Of a DNA stretch of 64,000 nt, positions 42,113 to 51,595 are shown in pieces. The first letter of the stretch is position 1, and each line of letters begins with the position of its first letter. Made by a program: the position numbers and the translations under genes. Origin of the DNA: Thermovirgaceae bacterium (GTDB taxonomy: Bacteria > Synergistota > Synergistia > Synergistales > Thermovirgaceae); NCBI GenBank assembly GCA_040767805.1, contig JAXGNU010000004.1, positions 64,001 to 128,000 of the forward strand, in the 5' to 3' direction. The notes under the pieces are model-generated. The model did no database searches, was not told the DNA's origin, and was given only the letters and a program-made list of their open reading frames with translations.

Positions 42113-43282
42113 TTACCGGCCGAAGAGGGGGATGCCGACGGACGGGTCGAGCCGGTTGCCCTGGACCACGGTGCCCTCGGCACCGGAAACCCACACGGCG
42201 TACTTCTCGTCGCTCACCCTGTTCCCCACGACCAGGGTATCCTGCACCTTGACGACGGCCCCGACGACGATGATGCCGGCGGGGTCCGCCAGCCCGACTT
42301 CCTGGTCCGCGCCGTTGCCGCGGACCGTATTACCGCTGACGATGGTGCCCTGCACCCTTTGGCCGGGGGCGTTGCTGTGGATGATCACCCCGGGGAGGAA
42401 ATTATTGGTGATGGTGTTGCCGCTGACTACGTTATCGACAGCCGATGTCCCCGGAGGGTTCGCGGCGACGATGATGCCGGCCGGGTTGCGGCTTACGGTA
42501 TTGCCGGTCACCAGGTTGCCGATGACTCCCTGGCCGGGGTTGAAGGCCGCGACGACGATGGCGCAGGACTCCTCGTTGTCGGTGACCCTGTTGCCGCTGA
42601 TGACGTTGTTCATGGCCGGCTTCGGCGTCCCGGGCACCAGGGCCCCGGGGTTGACGGCGCCGTTGTCGGTAACCGCGATGCCGCCGCCCTTGTTCCGGGT
42701 GACGGTGTTGTCCAGGACGTAGGACGAGGAGACACCGACCAGGAGGATGGCCTTCGTTTCGATCCTGTCGCTGGTAGGCGCCAGGGCGTTATTGTTGACG
42801 TAGTTGCCGCGGATGATGATATTGCTCGTGTCCTCGGCGAATATGCCCTGGTTGTTGGCATGCTGGATGGTCAGGCCCTCGATGACGGTCCCCGCCGCGG
42901 CGTCGCCCTTGATCCGGATGCCCTCGTCAAGGCCCGCCGCGTCGATAACGGTACGGGTCGCGCCGTAGGCCCGCCCGGGGTCCGACATCAACGTCACCTT
43001 GCGGGTGATGCTGAGGCTTTCCTTGTAGGTCCCCGGCAAGACCACGACGACGGCTCCTTCCTTCGCCCTGTCCAGGGCACGACCGATCGTGCTGTAGGGC
43101 GAAAGGGCGGTCCCCTCACCCTGCTCGTCGTCCCCGGTCTTACCGTCCACGACTACGAAGGATCTCAAGGCACCGGTCTCAGCCGCTTCGGCGGAAGCCG
43201 CAACGACGCCGCCCGCCAGGGCCAGCCAGGCCGATAGCACGATCACCGCCAGAACCCCTATACCACGGTAATGGCGTTTCAT
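42113..43282 (-). CDS. Secreted right-handed parallel beta-helix (pectin-lyase-like/NosD-type) protein
   Basis: Signal peptide; PYSTIGRAL...VLPGTYKE cap; many (N/T)-x-(V/I)-x-G-N-x-V-x-x-N repeats. Confidence 0.85.
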   Translation of the reverse strand: MKRHYRGIGVLAVIVLSAWLALAGGVVAASAEAAETGALRSFVVVDGKTGDDEQGEGTALSPYSTIGRALDRAKEGAVVVVLPGTYKESLSITRKVTLMSDPGRAYGATRTVIDAAGLDEGIRIKGDAAAGTVIEGLTIQHANNQGIFAEDTSNIIIRGNYVNNNALAPTSDRIETKAILLVGVSSSYVLDNTVTRNKGGGIAVTDNGAVNPGALVPGTPKPAMNNVISGNRVTDNEESCAIVVAAFNPGQGVIGNLVTGNTVSRNPAGIIVAANPPGTSAVDNVVSGNTITNNFLPGVIIHSNAPGQRVQGTIVSGNTVRGNGADQEVGLADPAGIIVVGAVVKVQDTLVVGNRVSDEKYAVWVSGAEGTVVQGNRLDPSVGIPLFGR

Positions 43283-43430
43283 TACCAGAACACCTCCTTC
43301 TTGCACTCACCTCTCGTCGAAATGCGCCCCCCGTCAGTGCGGGAGCGCGCCCTATGTTTTGAAGTAAGAAATTTGTTAGGTTGGCCTATCTTATGACCCC
43401 CGTTGGGCTTTGTCAAGGGGATGAGTCTTT

Positions 43431-43456
43431 TTGATATCATTTCATTTGGATATCAA
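43431..43456. promoter_or_regulatory. Putative operator palindrome
   Basis: TTGATATC-N10-GATATCAA in the AT-rich region upstream of the beta-helix gene. Confidence 0.45.
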
Positions 43457-43475
43457 GAACCCAATCCCTGGGCCA

Positions 43476-43752
43476 TTTCCCCGTTGACCGTTTACGTGTT
43501 CGGTCTTCCGATTTACGATTCCCGGCTTTCGTCCTTCGCTTCACGCTTTTGATCCTACGTCTCACATCTCACGCTCTTAAGATTTGGCCTTGCTCCTTCG
43601 ATTCACGATTTACGGCCCTTGCCCTTCCGTTTTTCCTCCTTTGTACACAATTGCTCAAATTCAAGGTCTGACCCCAATGGTTCGGCTCGCTTTTGGCCTT
43701 CCGATTCACGATTCCCGATTCACGATTCACGATTTACGATTCACGATTTACG
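43476..43752. repeat. Heptamer repeat tract (CGATT[CT][AC])n with degenerate flanking units
   Basis: Seven consecutive heptamers at 43702-43750; further units near 43509-43523 and 43599-43620 (CGATTCACGATTTACGGCCCTT). Confidence 0.88.
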
Positions 43753-43802
43753 GATTTTGCCCTTTTTGTACACAAATGCTCAAATTCAAGGTCTGACCCC
43801 AA
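43640..43802. repeat. 38-bp direct repeat x2 (TTTGTACACAAWTGCTCAAATTCAAGGTCTGACCCCAA)
   Basis: Copies at 43640-43677 and 43765-43802, one mismatch, 125-bp period. Confidence 0.92.
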
Positions 43803-43846
43803 GGGCTGTGCTATGATAACGAGTATCTTTTTGGGAGGTGTCGGCC

Positions 43847-45517
43847 ATGATCCCAAGGAGGTTTTTATCGCTCATCCTTTTCCTGGGCCTCATCCTGCAG
43901 GGCGCGGCCGCCCGCGCGGACTTCGACGTCTCCACCGTCAAGGGCCCCCATATCAAGGACCTCTACATGGTGATCTACCGGGACCCCGACTCCCAGATGC
44001 TGGCCCTCCAGAAGGGCGAGCTGGACGTCCTCGGCGACATCGCCCGCCCTTCCGACGTGGACCGCCTCGCCTCCAACCAGGAGGTCTCCCTCTCCATTTC
44101 CCGGGGGTTCCACCTGTTCTTCATGGGCTTCAACTTGAGGAAGGAACCGTGGAACGACCGGGCCCTCCGGCAGGCGGCGGCCATGGCCGTTCCGTCAAGG
44201 CAGATCGTGAGGGACATCTTTTCGGGGTACAGCGAGCCCGTCGACACCTACCTCCCGCCGGTCTCCCCCTACTATGAGCCCGACGTGACGGTCCACGAGC
44301 ACGATCCCGCCAAGGCCAGGCAAACCCTCGCCGAGGCGGGGTGGAAATGGTCGACCGAGGGCACCCTCATCCCTCCTGACGGCGACCGCCCCCTGAAGGC
44401 GGTTAAGCTGCTCTCGCCCACAGCGCAGGTGGCCCCCACCACGGCGGAGATCTCGAACAGGATCGCCGAAGCCCTCAAGTCGATCGGCATCCCCCTGTCG
44501 GTGGAGCCCCTGGACTTCTCCAGCATGATAAGCAGGCTCGATCGCCACGATTTCGACCTCTTCGTCATGGCCTGGAGCCTGTCGAGGGACCCCGACAGCC
44601 TTTTCGCCTTCTTCCACTCATCGATGGACGTGCCGGGGGGTTACAACATCCAGGGGCTCCATGACCCCGAACTGGACAAGGTCCTCGAGGAGCTCCGCTG
44701 GGCCCCCGACGAAGAGGCCGCCGGCGAGGCCGCCCGAAAGGCCCAGCGCATGCTATCGGATATATCGCCCTGGATACCGATCTACTCCCGCTACATGGTG
44801 GCCGCCGTCAGGAACGAGTGGGAGGGCGTGGTGAGCACCCGGTCGACCTCGGCGGACAACCTCTGGACCCTCCTGAACATGAGGCCCCTCCAGGGGGGGG
44901 AGAGGCCCGTCCTGTGGTGCCTCTCGGAGGAACCGAGGTCGCTCAACCCGCTGGGCACGAGTTCCGCCTACGACTGGCAGGTGCTGGCCCTCGTCTACGA
45001 GGGCCTGATCGCCGTGGACCCGGAGACCCTGGGGGACATCCCCTGGCTGGCCACGGACTGGAAGGTCGAGACCGTGGACGGCGGGGGCGGACCCCACACG
45101 AGGCTGACCTTCGCCCTCAGGGAGGGCGTCCGCTGGCAGGACGGGCTACCCTTCACCTCCAGGGACGTGAGGAAGACCCTGGAGTTCCTCAAGGAACACG
45201 AAATACCCCGTTACTACGATAACGTCAGGGATATCGAGAGGATCGACACCCCCGACGACCACACCGTGATCGTCACGATGGGGAACGTGTCCTACTGGCA
45301 CCTACACAATATCGGCGGCTCGCCGGTCTTCCCGGCCCACCTCCTCGAAAGCATCAAGGACTGGGAGACCTGGCAGCCCGCGAGGGAGACCCACCCCTCG
45401 GAGAAGGGGCTTACCAACCTGGTCGGTACGGGTCCCTTCGTTTTCATGGAGTACCGACCCGGCGAATTCGTCCACCTCGTCAGGAACGAGGACTTCTGGC
45501 TCCTCGGGGGTGATTAG
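43847..45517 (+). CDS. Peptide/nickel ABC transporter solute-binding protein (family 5), circularly permuted
   Basis: Signal peptide; ALQKGELD, EPRSLNP, LREGVRWQDG and GTGPF motifs present in swapped order. Confidence 0.88.
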   Translation: MIPRRFLSLILFLGLILQGAAARADFDVSTVKGPHIKDLYMVIYRDPDSQMLALQKGELDVLGDIARPSDVDRLASNQEVSLSISRGFHLFFMGFNLRKEPWNDRALRQAAAMAVPSRQIVRDIFSGYSEPVDTYLPPVSPYYEPDVTVHEHDPAKARQTLAEAGWKWSTEGTLIPPDGDRPLKAVKLLSPTAQVAPTTAEISNRIAEALKSIGIPLSVEPLDFSSMISRLDRHDFDLFVMAWSLSRDPDSLFAFFHSSMDVPGGYNIQGLHDPELDKVLEELRWAPDEEAAGEAARKAQRMLSDISPWIPIYSRYMVAAVRNEWEGVVSTRSTSADNLWTLLNMRPLQGGERPVLWCLSEEPRSLNPLGTSSAYDWQVLALVYEGLIAVDPETLGDIPWLATDWKVETVDGGGGPHTRLTFALREGVRWQDGLPFTSRDVRKTLEFLKEHEIPRYYDNVRDIERIDTPDDHTVIVTMGNVSYWHLHNIGGSPVFPAHLLESIKDWETWQPARETHPSEKGLTNLVGTGPFVFMEYRPGEFVHLVRNEDFWLLGGD

Positions 45518-45520
45518 CCC

Positions 45521-46498
45521 TTGAGGTCCTACTGGACGAAGAGGGTCCTGGGCGCGGCGGCCGTCCTCCTCCTGGTCATTGCCGCCAACTTCTTCCTCTT
45601 CAGGATCATGCCCGGCGACGTCGTGTCGACCATCGTCGACCCCCGCTTCTCCCCCGAGGCCAAGGAGCGGATGAGGGAGGTCTTCGGGCTGGACCTCCCC
45701 CTGGGCCGGCAGTTCGTGATCTACGTCCGGAGGATGCTCACCTTCGATTTCGGCATCTCCTTCCTCTCCCAGCGGCCCGTCTGGGACGAACTTAAAAGCA
45801 GGGTCCCCAACACGGTCGCCCTCCTCGGTTCGGCCCTGGTCCTGTCGTCGGCCCTCGGCACCTGGCTCGGCGTCAAGGCGGCGAGAAAGAGGGGCGGCTT
45901 CACGGAAAAGGTCGTGCTCCTGTCGGGGTCGGTGTCCTTTTCCTTCCCTTCCTTTTTCGTCCAGCTGGTCCTCCTCCTGCTCTTCGCCTACACCTTCCCC
46001 CTGTTCCCCCTGAGGGGGAGCGTCTCCATACCCCTCCCGGAGGCGGGGGCGGCGAGGGTCCTGGATTACCTCTGGCACCTGCTGCTGCCGGCGGGGTCGC
46101 TGGTGCTCCTCGGCTTCGGCTCCTGGGCCATCTACGTGAGGAACCTGATGGTGAAGACCCTGGGGGAGGACTTCATCCTCATGGCCAGGGCCAAGGGTCT
46201 CCCCGACGGGAGAGTCCTCTGGAACCACGCTTTCCGGTCCGCCCTTCCCCCGGTGCTCACCCTGTTCCTCCTGGCCCTCCCCGGCATCGTCTCCGGGGCC
46301 GTCCTGACCGAGACGGTCTTCTCCCTCCACGGGGTCGGGAAGTACCTCCTCGATTCCATCATGGGCCACGACTACCCGGCGGCGGGAGCCGCCTTTTACA
46401 TCCTGGGGCTGCTGACGATCGCCTCCAACCTGGCCGCCGACGCCGCCTACGCCCTGGCGGACCCGCGGATAAGGGTCGGGGGGAGGGTCCAAAGTTGA
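45521..46498 (+). CDS. Peptide ABC transporter permease (DppB/OppB-like)
   Basis: MPGD, FGLDLP, ARAKGL, ETVFSLHGVG and DPRI motifs. Confidence 0.92.
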   Translation: MRSYWTKRVLGAAAVLLLVIAANFFLFRIMPGDVVSTIVDPRFSPEAKERMREVFGLDLPLGRQFVIYVRRMLTFDFGISFLSQRPVWDELKSRVPNTVALLGSALVLSSALGTWLGVKAARKRGGFTEKVVLLSGSVSFSFPSFFVQLVLLLLFAYTFPLFPLRGSVSIPLPEAGAARVLDYLWHLLLPAGSLVLLGFGSWAIYVRNLMVKTLGEDFILMARAKGLPDGRVLWNHAFRSALPPVLTLFLLALPGIVSGAVLTETVFSLHGVGKYLLDSIMGHDYPAAGAAFYILGLLTIASNLAADAAYALADPRIRVGGRVQS

Positions 46499-47688
46499 GG
46501 AAGCCCCCCCGGTGGAGTTTCATGGCCTTCCTGCTGATCCTGGCCGTCGCCGCCGCCGGCCCCCCAATGCTCCCCGGTGACCCGGGGAGGGCCGTGGCCA
46601 AACCCTTCGCCCCGCCCGCCTGGTCAGGGGGGGACGCGCCGCCCCCCTTTTCCGGCGCCATAACCCCCGTTTCAAGGGAGATAACCATCGATTGGAAGTG
46701 GGACGCCCCCGAAAACCTGACGCTCAAGGGGCAACTGGTCTTCGATGAGGACTCCCCGGCGCGGCTGGTCTGGACCACGGCGGAGGGGGACTCCTTCACC
46801 CTGGCCACTTTCAGAGGGGGCCGCTTTTGGGAGGTCGACCTCGACGCCAGGGATATGGCTTTCAAGACGGGCCTCGGCATACCGCCTTTCGCAAGCGCCA
46901 CGTCCCTGCTCTTCCCCGGCAGGGGCGTGCAAACCCTCTCGCTGGAGGGACCCGCCCCGTCGGGCGGCTCCCTTGGCCTGGCCCTGCCCGGCGGCAGGTG
47001 GGGCCTGCTCGGGACGGACCAGAGGGGGAGGGACGTCCTCTCCCTCTTCATCGTGGGGGCCAGGGTCTCCCTCCTGGTGGGGATCTCGGCCACCCTGCTG
47101 GCCTCGCTGCTGGGGCTTTCCATCGGGTTGACGAGCGGTTACCTCGGGGGCGCCGCCGACGCCCTGATCATGAGGGCGGTGGACGTCCTCCTGTCCATCC
47201 CGGTCCTCCCGATCCTGATGGTCTTCGTGGGGATATGGGGGAAGGGGCTCTGGCAACTGGTGGTGATCCTGGGCCTCTTCTCGTGGATGGGTACGGCCAG
47301 GACCGTCCGCTCCCTGGCGCTCTCCCTGAGGGAGTCCTGCTACGTCGAGAACCTCCGCTCCCTGGGGGCCGGTTCCTGGTACATCCTTTACCGGCACCTC
47401 CTGCCCGAGGCGATGCCGGTGGTGCTCGCCGCCGTATCCCTCGGCGTACCGGGCGCCATCCTCGCCGAGGCGGGGCTCTCCTTCCTGGGACTTTCCGACC
47501 CCAGGGTGATCTCCTGGGGGAGGATGCTCCACGAGGCCCACGGTTTCGGGGCCTTCACGGCCGGTGCCTGGTGGCTCATCATCCCGCCGGGGCTGGGCAT
47601 CTCGCTGATCTGCCTCGTTTTCCTCGACATGGGACGGGCCATCGAGGAGATGGCCGACCCGAGGCTGAAGGGTGGCGGGGGGCGATGA
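46495..47688 (+). CDS. Peptide ABC transporter permease (DppC/OppC-like) with large extracytoplasmic insertion
   Basis: LGTDQRGRD, EAGLSFLG, SWGRML and WWLIIPPG motifs. Confidence 0.9.
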   Translation: MRKPPRWSFMAFLLILAVAAAGPPMLPGDPGRAVAKPFAPPAWSGGDAPPPFSGAITPVSREITIDWKWDAPENLTLKGQLVFDEDSPARLVWTTAEGDSFTLATFRGGRFWEVDLDARDMAFKTGLGIPPFASATSLLFPGRGVQTLSLEGPAPSGGSLGLALPGGRWGLLGTDQRGRDVLSLFIVGARVSLLVGISATLLASLLGLSIGLTSGYLGGAADALIMRAVDVLLSIPVLPILMVFVGIWGKGLWQLVVILGLFSWMGTARTVRSLALSLRESCYVENLRSLGAGSWYILYRHLLPEAMPVVLAAVSLGVPGAILAEAGLSFLGLSDPRVISWGRMLHEAHGFGAFTAGAWWLIIPPGLGISLICLVFLDMGRAIEEMADPRLKGGGGR

Positions 47689-48467
47689 TCGCGATCCGGG
47701 ACCTCTCGGTGACCTACAGGACCGCCGCCAGGAGCGTCCCCGCCGTCAGGGGCGTCTCCCTGGACGTGCCCCGGGGGAGGGTGACCGCCGTCGTCGGGGA
47801 ATCGGGGGGCGGCAAGAGCAGCCTGGTCTACGGTATCCTCCGCCTCCTCCCGCCGGGGACGGAACTGTCGGGGAGCATCGACTTCGACGGCATGGAGCTG
47901 ACCCGGGCGAGCGAGGAGAGGATGCGGGAGTTCCGCTGGAAGAAGGCGGCCCTGGTGACCCAGGGGGCCATGAACTCCCTGACGCCGGTGCTGACCGTGG
48001 GCTACCAGGTCGCCGAGGTGCTCCGGGTCAGGCTGGGCATGGCCGGCGACGAGGCCCGGGAGAGGGCCGTGGAACTGCTGGCCATGACAAACCTGCCAGC
48101 GGGCTACGCGAGGAAGTACCCCCACGAACTCTCCGGCGGCGAGAAGCAGCGGGCGGTCATATCCATGGCCGTCGCCTGCTCCCCGGAGTTCCTGGTCGCC
48201 GACGAGCCGACGAGCGCCCTGGACGTGATCACCCAGGCCGAGGTCATCGCCACCCTCGTCAGGATGGTCAGGGAGAAGGGGATGGGCCTCCTTCTCGTGA
48301 CCCATGACCTCCCCCTGGCGTTTTCCGTCAGCGACGAAATGGCGGTGATGCACGAGGGCCGCCTGGTCGAAAGGGGCACCCCCGCGCGGATCGCGACCTA
48401 CCCCTCCCACGACCACACGAGGACGCTGCTTTCGGCCTTCGGCCTCACGGCGAGGACAGGGCCATGA
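47685..48467 (+). CDS. Peptide ABC transporter ATP-binding protein (DppD-like)
   Basis: GESGGGKS, YPHELSGGEKQR and ADEPTSALD motifs; ATGA overlap at 47685. Confidence 0.92.
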   Translation: MIAIRDLSVTYRTAARSVPAVRGVSLDVPRGRVTAVVGESGGGKSSLVYGILRLLPPGTELSGSIDFDGMELTRASEERMREFRWKKAALVTQGAMNSLTPVLTVGYQVAEVLRVRLGMAGDEARERAVELLAMTNLPAGYARKYPHELSGGEKQRAVISMAVACSPEFLVADEPTSALDVITQAEVIATLVRMVREKGMGLLLVTHDLPLAFSVSDEMAVMHEGRLVERGTPARIATYPSHDHTRTLLSAFGLTARTGP

Positions 48468-49402
48468 GCGGCCTCCTCCTCTCCACGAAGGGCTTGTCGG
48501 TCTCGTTCCATTCCCCCCGGGGCAGCGTGGAAGCCCTGAAGGGGGCGGACATCGATGTCGCGCCCGGCGAGAGCCTGGCCGTCGTCGGTGAATCGGGGAG
48601 TGGGAAGACCACGCTGCTCCGGGCGAGCCTGGGGCTGGTCACGGCTTCGGCGGGCTCCGTCGCCCTCCTGGGCCGCGACCTGGCGCGATGCGAAAGCAAG
48701 GAACTGGTCTCATTGAGGAGGAGATGCGGCTTCATACCCCAGGACCCCTTCGGGTGCGTCCCTCCCACGCTGAACGCCCTGGACGCCGCCTCCGAACCGA
48801 TCCGGATCGCCGGCAGGGGGAGCCGCGGGGAAGCCCTGGAAAAGGCCGGGGGCCTCCTGTCCGAGTTGGGCCTGGGCGACCCGGCCCTCTGGAAGGAGCG
48901 GGTGAGGCTTTCCCTCTCGGGGGGGCAGAGGCAGAGGGTCAGCATCGCCAGGGCCCTCAGCCTGGACCCCGAGTTCCTCCTGGCCGACGAACCGGCGAGC
49001 ATGCAGGACGCCGCCAACAGGGCCGAGGTGATGGCCATCCTACGCCGCAGGACGCAAAAGGGCATGGGACTGTTGATGGCCACCCACGACCTCCCCCTGG
49101 CGGCGGCCTTCGCCGACAGGGTGGCCGTCATGTACAAAGGGGCCGTCGTCGAGGCGGGGCCCTCGGAGAGCGTCGTGGGGGACCCCCTTCACCCCTACAG
49201 CAGGGCCCTCATCGCGGCCATACCGGGGATAGGGAAGGAGATCAGACCCCCCGAAAGGGTCGAGGAATGGCCCTTCGGGGGGTGCCCTTACGCTCCACGG
49301 TGCCCCGCCAGGACGGGGCGCTGCAAGGAGGCGCCGCCCCTTTTGCCGGTGGCGCCGGATCGGGACGTCGCCTGCTGGAACGCCCGTGAAGGGGGCCGCT
49401 GA
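48464..49402 (+). CDS. Peptide ABC transporter ATP-binding protein (DppF-like)
   Basis: GESGSGKT, LSGGQRQR, HPYSRAL and a C-terminal Cys cluster. Confidence 0.92.
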   Translation: MSGLLLSTKGLSVSFHSPRGSVEALKGADIDVAPGESLAVVGESGSGKTTLLRASLGLVTASAGSVALLGRDLARCESKELVSLRRRCGFIPQDPFGCVPPTLNALDAASEPIRIAGRGSRGEALEKAGGLLSELGLGDPALWKERVRLSLSGGQRQRVSIARALSLDPEFLLADEPASMQDAANRAEVMAILRRRTQKGMGLLMATHDLPLAAAFADRVAVMYKGAVVEAGPSESVVGDPLHPYSRALIAAIPGIGKEIRPPERVEEWPFGGCPYAPRCPARTGRCKEAPPLLPVAPDRDVACWNAREGGR

Positions 49403-49411
49403 AGTGAAGGG

Positions 49412-51595
49412 TTACGGGAGGCCGTTGCCGACCTCCAGGGTCCTGTGGAGCTGGACGAAGACCCCCGCCAGGCGGGGGTCGAACTGTTTGCCGGCCTGGA
49501 AGGCTATCTCCTCGAGGGCTTCCTCGCTGGAAAGGCTGGGCCGGTAGGAACGCCAGCCGGTCATCGCCTCGTAGGCGCAGAGCAGGTGGATGACCCGGGA
49601 AAGGCGGGGAATGTCCTCGCCGGAGAGCCCCCTGGGGTAACCGCTGCCGTCGTACTTCTCCTGGTGGCAGAGGATCTCCTCGGCGACGGAGGCCAGGGGG
49701 GCGAGGTTCCTGGCGAGGCGGTAGCCCCTTTCGGGGTGCCTCCGCACATCCTCCCACTCCCCGGGGTCAAGGGGTCCCTTCTTGTAAAGGACCTCGGCGG
49801 GGATGGGCAACAAGCCCACATCGTGGAACCGGGCCAGCAGGACCAGTTTTTCCATTTCGTCCTGCCTGAGGGCGAGGTGCTTCCCGAAAAGGTGCGCCAG
49901 CCCCCTAACCCTTGAAATATGGGTCTTCATCCTGGGGTCCGAATCCAGGAACTCCACGATCCTCGAGTAGATGGCCGACCGCGACCTTTCGCCCCTCGTC
50001 AGCTTGTCCAGGTACATGTCGTCGTCGGCTTTTTTCCTCACCTGCATGATATCCTCGGTGATTTCTTCCTTGGCGGCCGCCCCCAGCGCCATGCTCGGCA
50101 GGATCATCCCTCCCTGGCTGCGTTCGCAGGCCCGCCTTACGCGGTCGCAGACGGACCTGGCCTCGAGGAGGGTCGTCTGGGGCAGGAGAATGATGAATTC
50201 ATCGCCGCCGGTACGGGCGATGATATCCTCCTGCCTGCAGCAGGACCTGAGGATCGCCGCCGCCTCGGCGAGGAGCCTGTCGCCCTCGAGGTGGCCGAAG
50301 GCGTCGTTGATGAGCTTAAGGTTGTCCACGTCGGCCACGACCAGGCTCATGGGGAGCTGCCTCGGCGAGTCCAGCCGCCGGAGTTCTTCCTCGAAGAAGG
50401 ACTGGTTGTACAGGCCCGTCAGGGCGTCATGACAGCCGAAGTACCGGATCTTTTCGTCGAGCATCTTCCTCTCGGTTATATCCTGGTATATGGCGTAGAT
50501 CAGGGACGTCCCGTCCTCCACGGGGAAGCAGACGGCGTTGATCTGCACCTCCACCCAGCTCCCGTCCTTCCGGCGCCTGGTTCTTTCGGCCTTGATGGTG
50601 GAACCGGCCGCCGCTCCCCTGGTCAGGCCTACGGCATCTCCCCGGAGCTCACCGGGGGCTATGAGCGCGTCCAGGTCAGCGCCGACGCACTCAAAACTGT
50701 AGTACCCGAAGAGCCTCTCGAAGGAATCGTTGACCCGCTGGATGATGCCGTCGCCCCCGACGAGGGCTATGGCCAGGGGGCTGTTCATGAAGAGGTTCTC
50801 GAAGTAAGTCCTTTCCGTGGCGAGTTGATGCTGTGTCATCACCCTCGACGTGATATCGCGGTAGACGGCAAGGTATTCCTCGGAAGGGCCGGAGCCCGTT
50901 ATGGCCACGGCCCGTATGGAGAGGTGTACCTCGCTGCCGTCCTTGCGGTACCGGACGGCGTCAAAATCCAGTCTTTTTTCGTCCTTCAATTGCCGGATAC
51001 GACCCCGGACCTCTTCCTCCCTTCCCCCGCCCCCGAGGAGCTCCCAAAGGTGACGGCCGAGGACCTCTTCCCGCCCCAGGCCGAAGAGCCGGTCGAAGGC
51101 CGGGTTGGAGCGAAGGACTTTCCCCTCCTCATCGAAGAGGGCTATGCCGTCGGGCGAATCTTCCACTATCCTTTCCAGCAGGGACCTTTCGCGGGCCAGT
51201 TCCCTCTCGGCGGCCTTCTGTTCGCTGATATCCTCGTAGATCGCGTAGACCGCCAGCACCCGGTCACCTTGAATGATGGGGACGCCCCAGATCAGGGCGG
51301 GGAACCTTGAACCGTCCTTTCTCACCCTGACCCTCGCGGCGAGGTTGCTCCTGCCCTTGAGGACCAGCTCCGTCAGGTCCCCCGCGTCGGCGTAAAGATC
51401 CTCATCACGGGCGACGAGGTCGTCTAGCTGGTTTCCCACGACCTCGTCGGGGTCGTAGCCGAACATCTCGCAGAAGGCCCTGTTGGCACGGGCTACCTTC
51501 CCATCGGGCGTCTGGATGGCGATCCCGAGCGGGGTCTGGTCGATCAGGGTTTCGTAGAAAGCATCGATGTTGATAGCGCTGTTAACGCCCTCCAC
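49412..51595 (-). CDS. PAS x3 - GGDEF - HD-GYP signalling protein
   Basis: Three PAS/PAC units, RTGGDEF, FHDVG and DGSGYP; GTG at 51595 chosen as start. Confidence 0.9.
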   Translation of the reverse strand: MEGVNSAINIDAFYETLIDQTPLGIAIQTPDGKVARANRAFCEMFGYDPDEVVGNQLDDLVARDEDLYADAGDLTELVLKGRSNLAARVRVRKDGSRFPALIWGVPIIQGDRVLAVYAIYEDISEQKAAERELARERSLLERIVEDSPDGIALFDEEGKVLRSNPAFDRLFGLGREEVLGRHLWELLGGGGREEEVRGRIRQLKDEKRLDFDAVRYRKDGSEVHLSIRAVAITGSGPSEEYLAVYRDITSRVMTQHQLATERTYFENLFMNSPLAIALVGGDGIIQRVNDSFERLFGYYSFECVGADLDALIAPGELRGDAVGLTRGAAAGSTIKAERTRRRKDGSWVEVQINAVCFPVEDGTSLIYAIYQDITERKMLDEKIRYFGCHDALTGLYNQSFFEEELRRLDSPRQLPMSLVVADVDNLKLINDAFGHLEGDRLLAEAAAILRSCCRQEDIIARTGGDEFIILLPQTTLLEARSVCDRVRRACERSQGGMILPSMALGAAAKEEITEDIMQVRKKADDDMYLDKLTRGERSRSAIYSRIVEFLDSDPRMKTHISRVRGLAHLFGKHLALRQDEMEKLVLLARFHDVGLLPIPAEVLYKKGPLDPGEWEDVRRHPERGYRLARNLAPLASVAEEILCHQEKYDGSGYPRGLSGEDIPRLSRVIHLLCAYEAMTGWRSYRPSLSSEEALEEIAFQAGKQFDPRLAGVFVQLHRTLEVGNGLP

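Noticed and set aside
43640..43802. 38-bp direct repeats as a mini CRISPR array
   Set aside because: Only two copies, the 87-nt spacer is itself made of heptamer repeats, and there are no cas genes in the window.
43584..43816. Short ORFs reading IHDSRFT across the heptamer tracts (also near 54.9-55.2 kb)
   Set aside because: Translation by-products of a 7-nt period; no RBS support.
44893..44900. G8 run in the solute-binding protein gene as a phase-variation site
   Set aside because: The frame is intact and G/C runs of 7-8 nt occur elsewhere in this GC-rich window.
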